64,000 bases of DNA, taken from Balanoglossus misakiensis (lineage: Eukaryota > Animalia > Hemichordata). Under the pieces are notes generated by a model, which worked only from the letters and a program-made list of their open reading frames with translations, ran no database searches and was not told the DNA's origin. A program made the position numbers and the translations under genes. Of this stretch, positions 61,197-64,000 are shown in pieces; the first letter of the stretch is position 1; every line of letters starts with the position of its first letter. The stretch lies in assembly GCA_040954595.2 (NCBI GenBank), contig CM082594.2:7819573-7883572 (forward strand), read 5' to 3'.

Positions 61197-64000
61197 TCAA
61201 ACACTTGATTCCTTAGCCTTGTCCTTTTTGTCAGCTTCGGCAGGTTTAGATGTGTAGTGACTGAGAGAATACAGACTATGGTGGGACGTTTCTGGCGTGG
61301 CCTGCTGAAGCTGGAAAGTCGGAACGGTACCCGGTGCAGATCCCTCCGGCGCTGGCTTAACCTCAGCCGACTGTTTTTGTCGTTTGACGCGTAGTTTACT
61401 CATCAAAGAGGAAATGAATCCGGTCCCTGGAAGTGAAGCTAGTGTACTCCGTCTCCGATTTTCGTCAACATCTTCTGGTCCATGCTCTTCTTCTTCTTCT
61501 TCCTTCATACTTTCAATTTCTTCTGGAAATGGTTTGATTCGAGGAACAATAACCAAAACGTTCGGGAATGTCGTCATCGGCAAAACATGTTTATTTTCGT
61601 TCATGTCGATATATCTTGACATTATTTTCTTGCCTATGTAATTATTCACACTTAAATCGTTACTTCAATAGAATTGAAACTAACCTGTTGAAATCACACT
61701 TATCTTGCTAGTCTGACTTTCTTGACTTTCATCCTTACTTTCATCACTGTCATCATACTGAAAAAAAAAATCATAAATTAAAAAGACGATGAACACCTTC
61801 TTGTCTTTGTTTTCAAAAAGACCTACACATGCAGGAGGGCCATCATTTTTCTGAAAAGTCTGTTAGTTTTTGTTATGTGTGGTGAATCGACTTACCTCTG
61901 GGATGTCGACCATTCGAGGATGACGTCTCCCCGTTTCGCCCGGCTGACGCATACTCAGACCTGAAACATATGAGTAAAGCAAGTAAAACTTAATATATAG
62001 CAATAGCTTGAGTTGATGTCCCGTAAATGTCGTTAAGAATTCTAATAATATACTGTATTGACTAAAGAAGAGGGATATGCACTATCTGTGAAGCGCTATG
62101 TGGATTATAAAACTGAGATCAGGGTGTGTTAATACTTACCAGGAGCGTTTTGCAGAAAGAGCGCCATGGTTGCTAGGTCGTGACCGCTTGGTTCATCCTC
62201 AAGAAGACTGGCTTTGAAATCGCCAGAAGGTACGGTCAGATGGTCGGCGGTCTTTTCAGCGCCGGATGTTCCCGGTTTCTCGTCCATCTGTCCTAATAAC
62301 ATGTCCTGCAAGTGTGAATATGATGGTAAAGTGCATACATCAAACCTAGAAGAGATTCTTGGAAATCGTGGTTGCAGACCCCCCCCCCCCAGGATATCAT
62401 ATGGTCCACCCCTTAACTGAATTATCGAATGCTGATATACTCACCTCGTCCACATTATGGTCTGCGTGCCTCAGCACAATTTTCTGCAAGAAGTCTATTC
62501 TCTGCTGGCGGTTTGTTTGTCGTCTGTATTCTGTCTGCAGGCGTTCCAGTCTATGTCACAATAAAGGCATAACATCATTTTTGCGTATCTGCCGGCTATC
62601 ATAACCTGGACATGTACGCATGGAATTTACCAAAGTCGATGGAAAAACCATGGATCCGGCCCGAATAGATATGTTGAACAGAGAGGTTTTGGTGGAAATT
62701 GTCGATGATTATTAAAATTACTTACCTTCGTGACATAATTTTACCAATCATGACTGGTTTCACGACAGGTACTTTAGCAAAAGGATCCAACGACGTATTA
62801 ACACCACCTTAAATGTAAAAAAAGACCGAATTTGTCAATCTTCTTTACATGTGTAATACATGTAATTCGCTGTGACTTTTCTAAGGTAGTTTTTGCACAG
62901 TTAGTATATACACCAACCAATTTCAACAAATACGTTGAAATGCCAACTTTGTTCGTACCTAACTCTCGTGACACATTTCCAACCTCCACTTCTTCTTCAA
63001 ACCCCACAAAGTCTGGGTGACCAACTGGTAACGCTGATATCACCGGTCTAGAAACAAAATATCCAAGTGTAGCTGATTATAGAATCCGAAATAGGACAGG
63101 ACACTGATAATCTACTGTGACGGTGGCGAAAAAGAAAACACTTCAAAAAGACAATAATGGCCCTAGATCTGCACTTACAAGTTACCCTGTCTGCGATCTT
63201 CAGGTGGTTCGACGCGATAGAGCAGAGAGTGACCGACCGTGTCACTGACTTCCTTTTTCCGGTTCTCTAACTGGTGGGAATATCCATAGCCCAATATGCC
63301 ATAGGTGAAACATAACTCCAGTTCTAGTCTGGCCACAAGCTGTAAGGATAAAATACAAGAAACAGTTACGTATTACCAAGTACACTGCAACCCAATGTTA
63401 CATTTAGACAGTTCGTCACATTTTGTGGTATCGGCTCGCAGTTAAGTTTTCTAACATTTTTCATACAGACAGCAAGTTTCTGTCGTGAGATATAAACCAG
63501 GTCATGATAACTATCAGTATAATGAAAACTTACATTAGATCGAATCTTCAAATCATATGTGCCAGCCATGAACTGACTCTGTGGTATAAATGAAGAAACG
63601 TTACATGTATCAATGTTAGATTTGTTAGAGCCCATTAAAAATGTGCGAACTTCAACATGAAGTCAAGAGAAACAATGACTACCATTACCTTGATGACGTC
63701 ATACAGGTGCATTTCTTTACGACCTATGACCTGGCGGTGACCAGACCCCTCGAAGGCAACAATATCAATTTTTATTATGTTAGACGGGTCGGTTCGTTTC
63801 CTAGATATCTGGAAAAAAGGAGAAGGTAATATTGAAATGGCCTGAGTAAATTTGTAATAAACACGATGGAGTGAATTATTTCGTGATGAGATGTGCATCG
63901 ATGATATTCGACGTGCTACACTGGTTTATTTAGTTGCGATGGGAGATCTGGTTCATTTTGCTAGACTAGAGGATTGTAACGATCTGCTTACCATGAGCGA
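61197..64000 (-). CDS. C2CD6: C2 domain protein, C2CD6/ALS2CR11 (CatSper tau)-like; 3' part, gene begins beyond the right edge
   Basis: Exons include 64000-63992 (partial), 63808-63689 (KRTDPSNIIKIDIV...IGRKEMHLYDVIK), 63578-63534, 63339-63179 (LELELCFTYGILGYGYSHQL...VEPPEDR) and 63047-62959 (VISALPVGHPDF). Further exons include LERLQTEYRR...RIDFLQKIV and an acidic low-complexity tail ending ESSV* at 61197. It resembles recalled human C2CD6 (HLYEVIQ; FSYGNFGYGFSHQL; PPPER; LEKMKKEYR). The final acceptor is uncertain (61522 preferred). Confidence 0.75.

Noticed and set aside
1-64000. CRISPR arrays, operons or prokaryotic defence systems
   Set aside because: The sequence is spliceosomal-intron-containing animal DNA; the repeats are microsatellites or dispersed MITEs, not repeat-spacer arrays.

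Overview
This is eukaryotic (animal) genomic DNA: AT-rich, intron-rich and probably from an invertebrate deuterostome, though the taxon is inferred only. I reconstructed seven genes by hand from splice sites and reading frames. (1) The 5' end of TDRKH/PAPI (-). (2,3) Two tail-to-tail paralogs of about 1000 aa with 13 coding exons each. They have a kinase-less DAPK-like architecture (ankyrin repeats-Roc GTPase-COR-death domain) and canonical NF-kB sites upstream. (4) An intronless ZIP (SLC39) metal transporter with atypical TM4/TM5 ligands (-). (5) A complete cubilin gene (-; signal peptide, coiled coil, 8 EGF, 27 CUB) with a 12.7 kb second intron full of MITEs. (6) A SPO16/C1orf146 meiotic gene (-) whose last exon is joined through a minor-spliceosome AT-AC intron with a duplicated 3' splice site. 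(7) The 3' part of a C2CD6/CatSper-tau-like gene (-). Several short inverted-repeat MITE families and microsatellites are also present. The strongest candidate for an undescribed system is the NF-kB-flanked pair of kinase-less ANK-Roc-COR-DD proteins, which may act as NLR-analogous immune or cell-death switches. Gene identities rest on recalled motif and sequence similarity; no database search was run.
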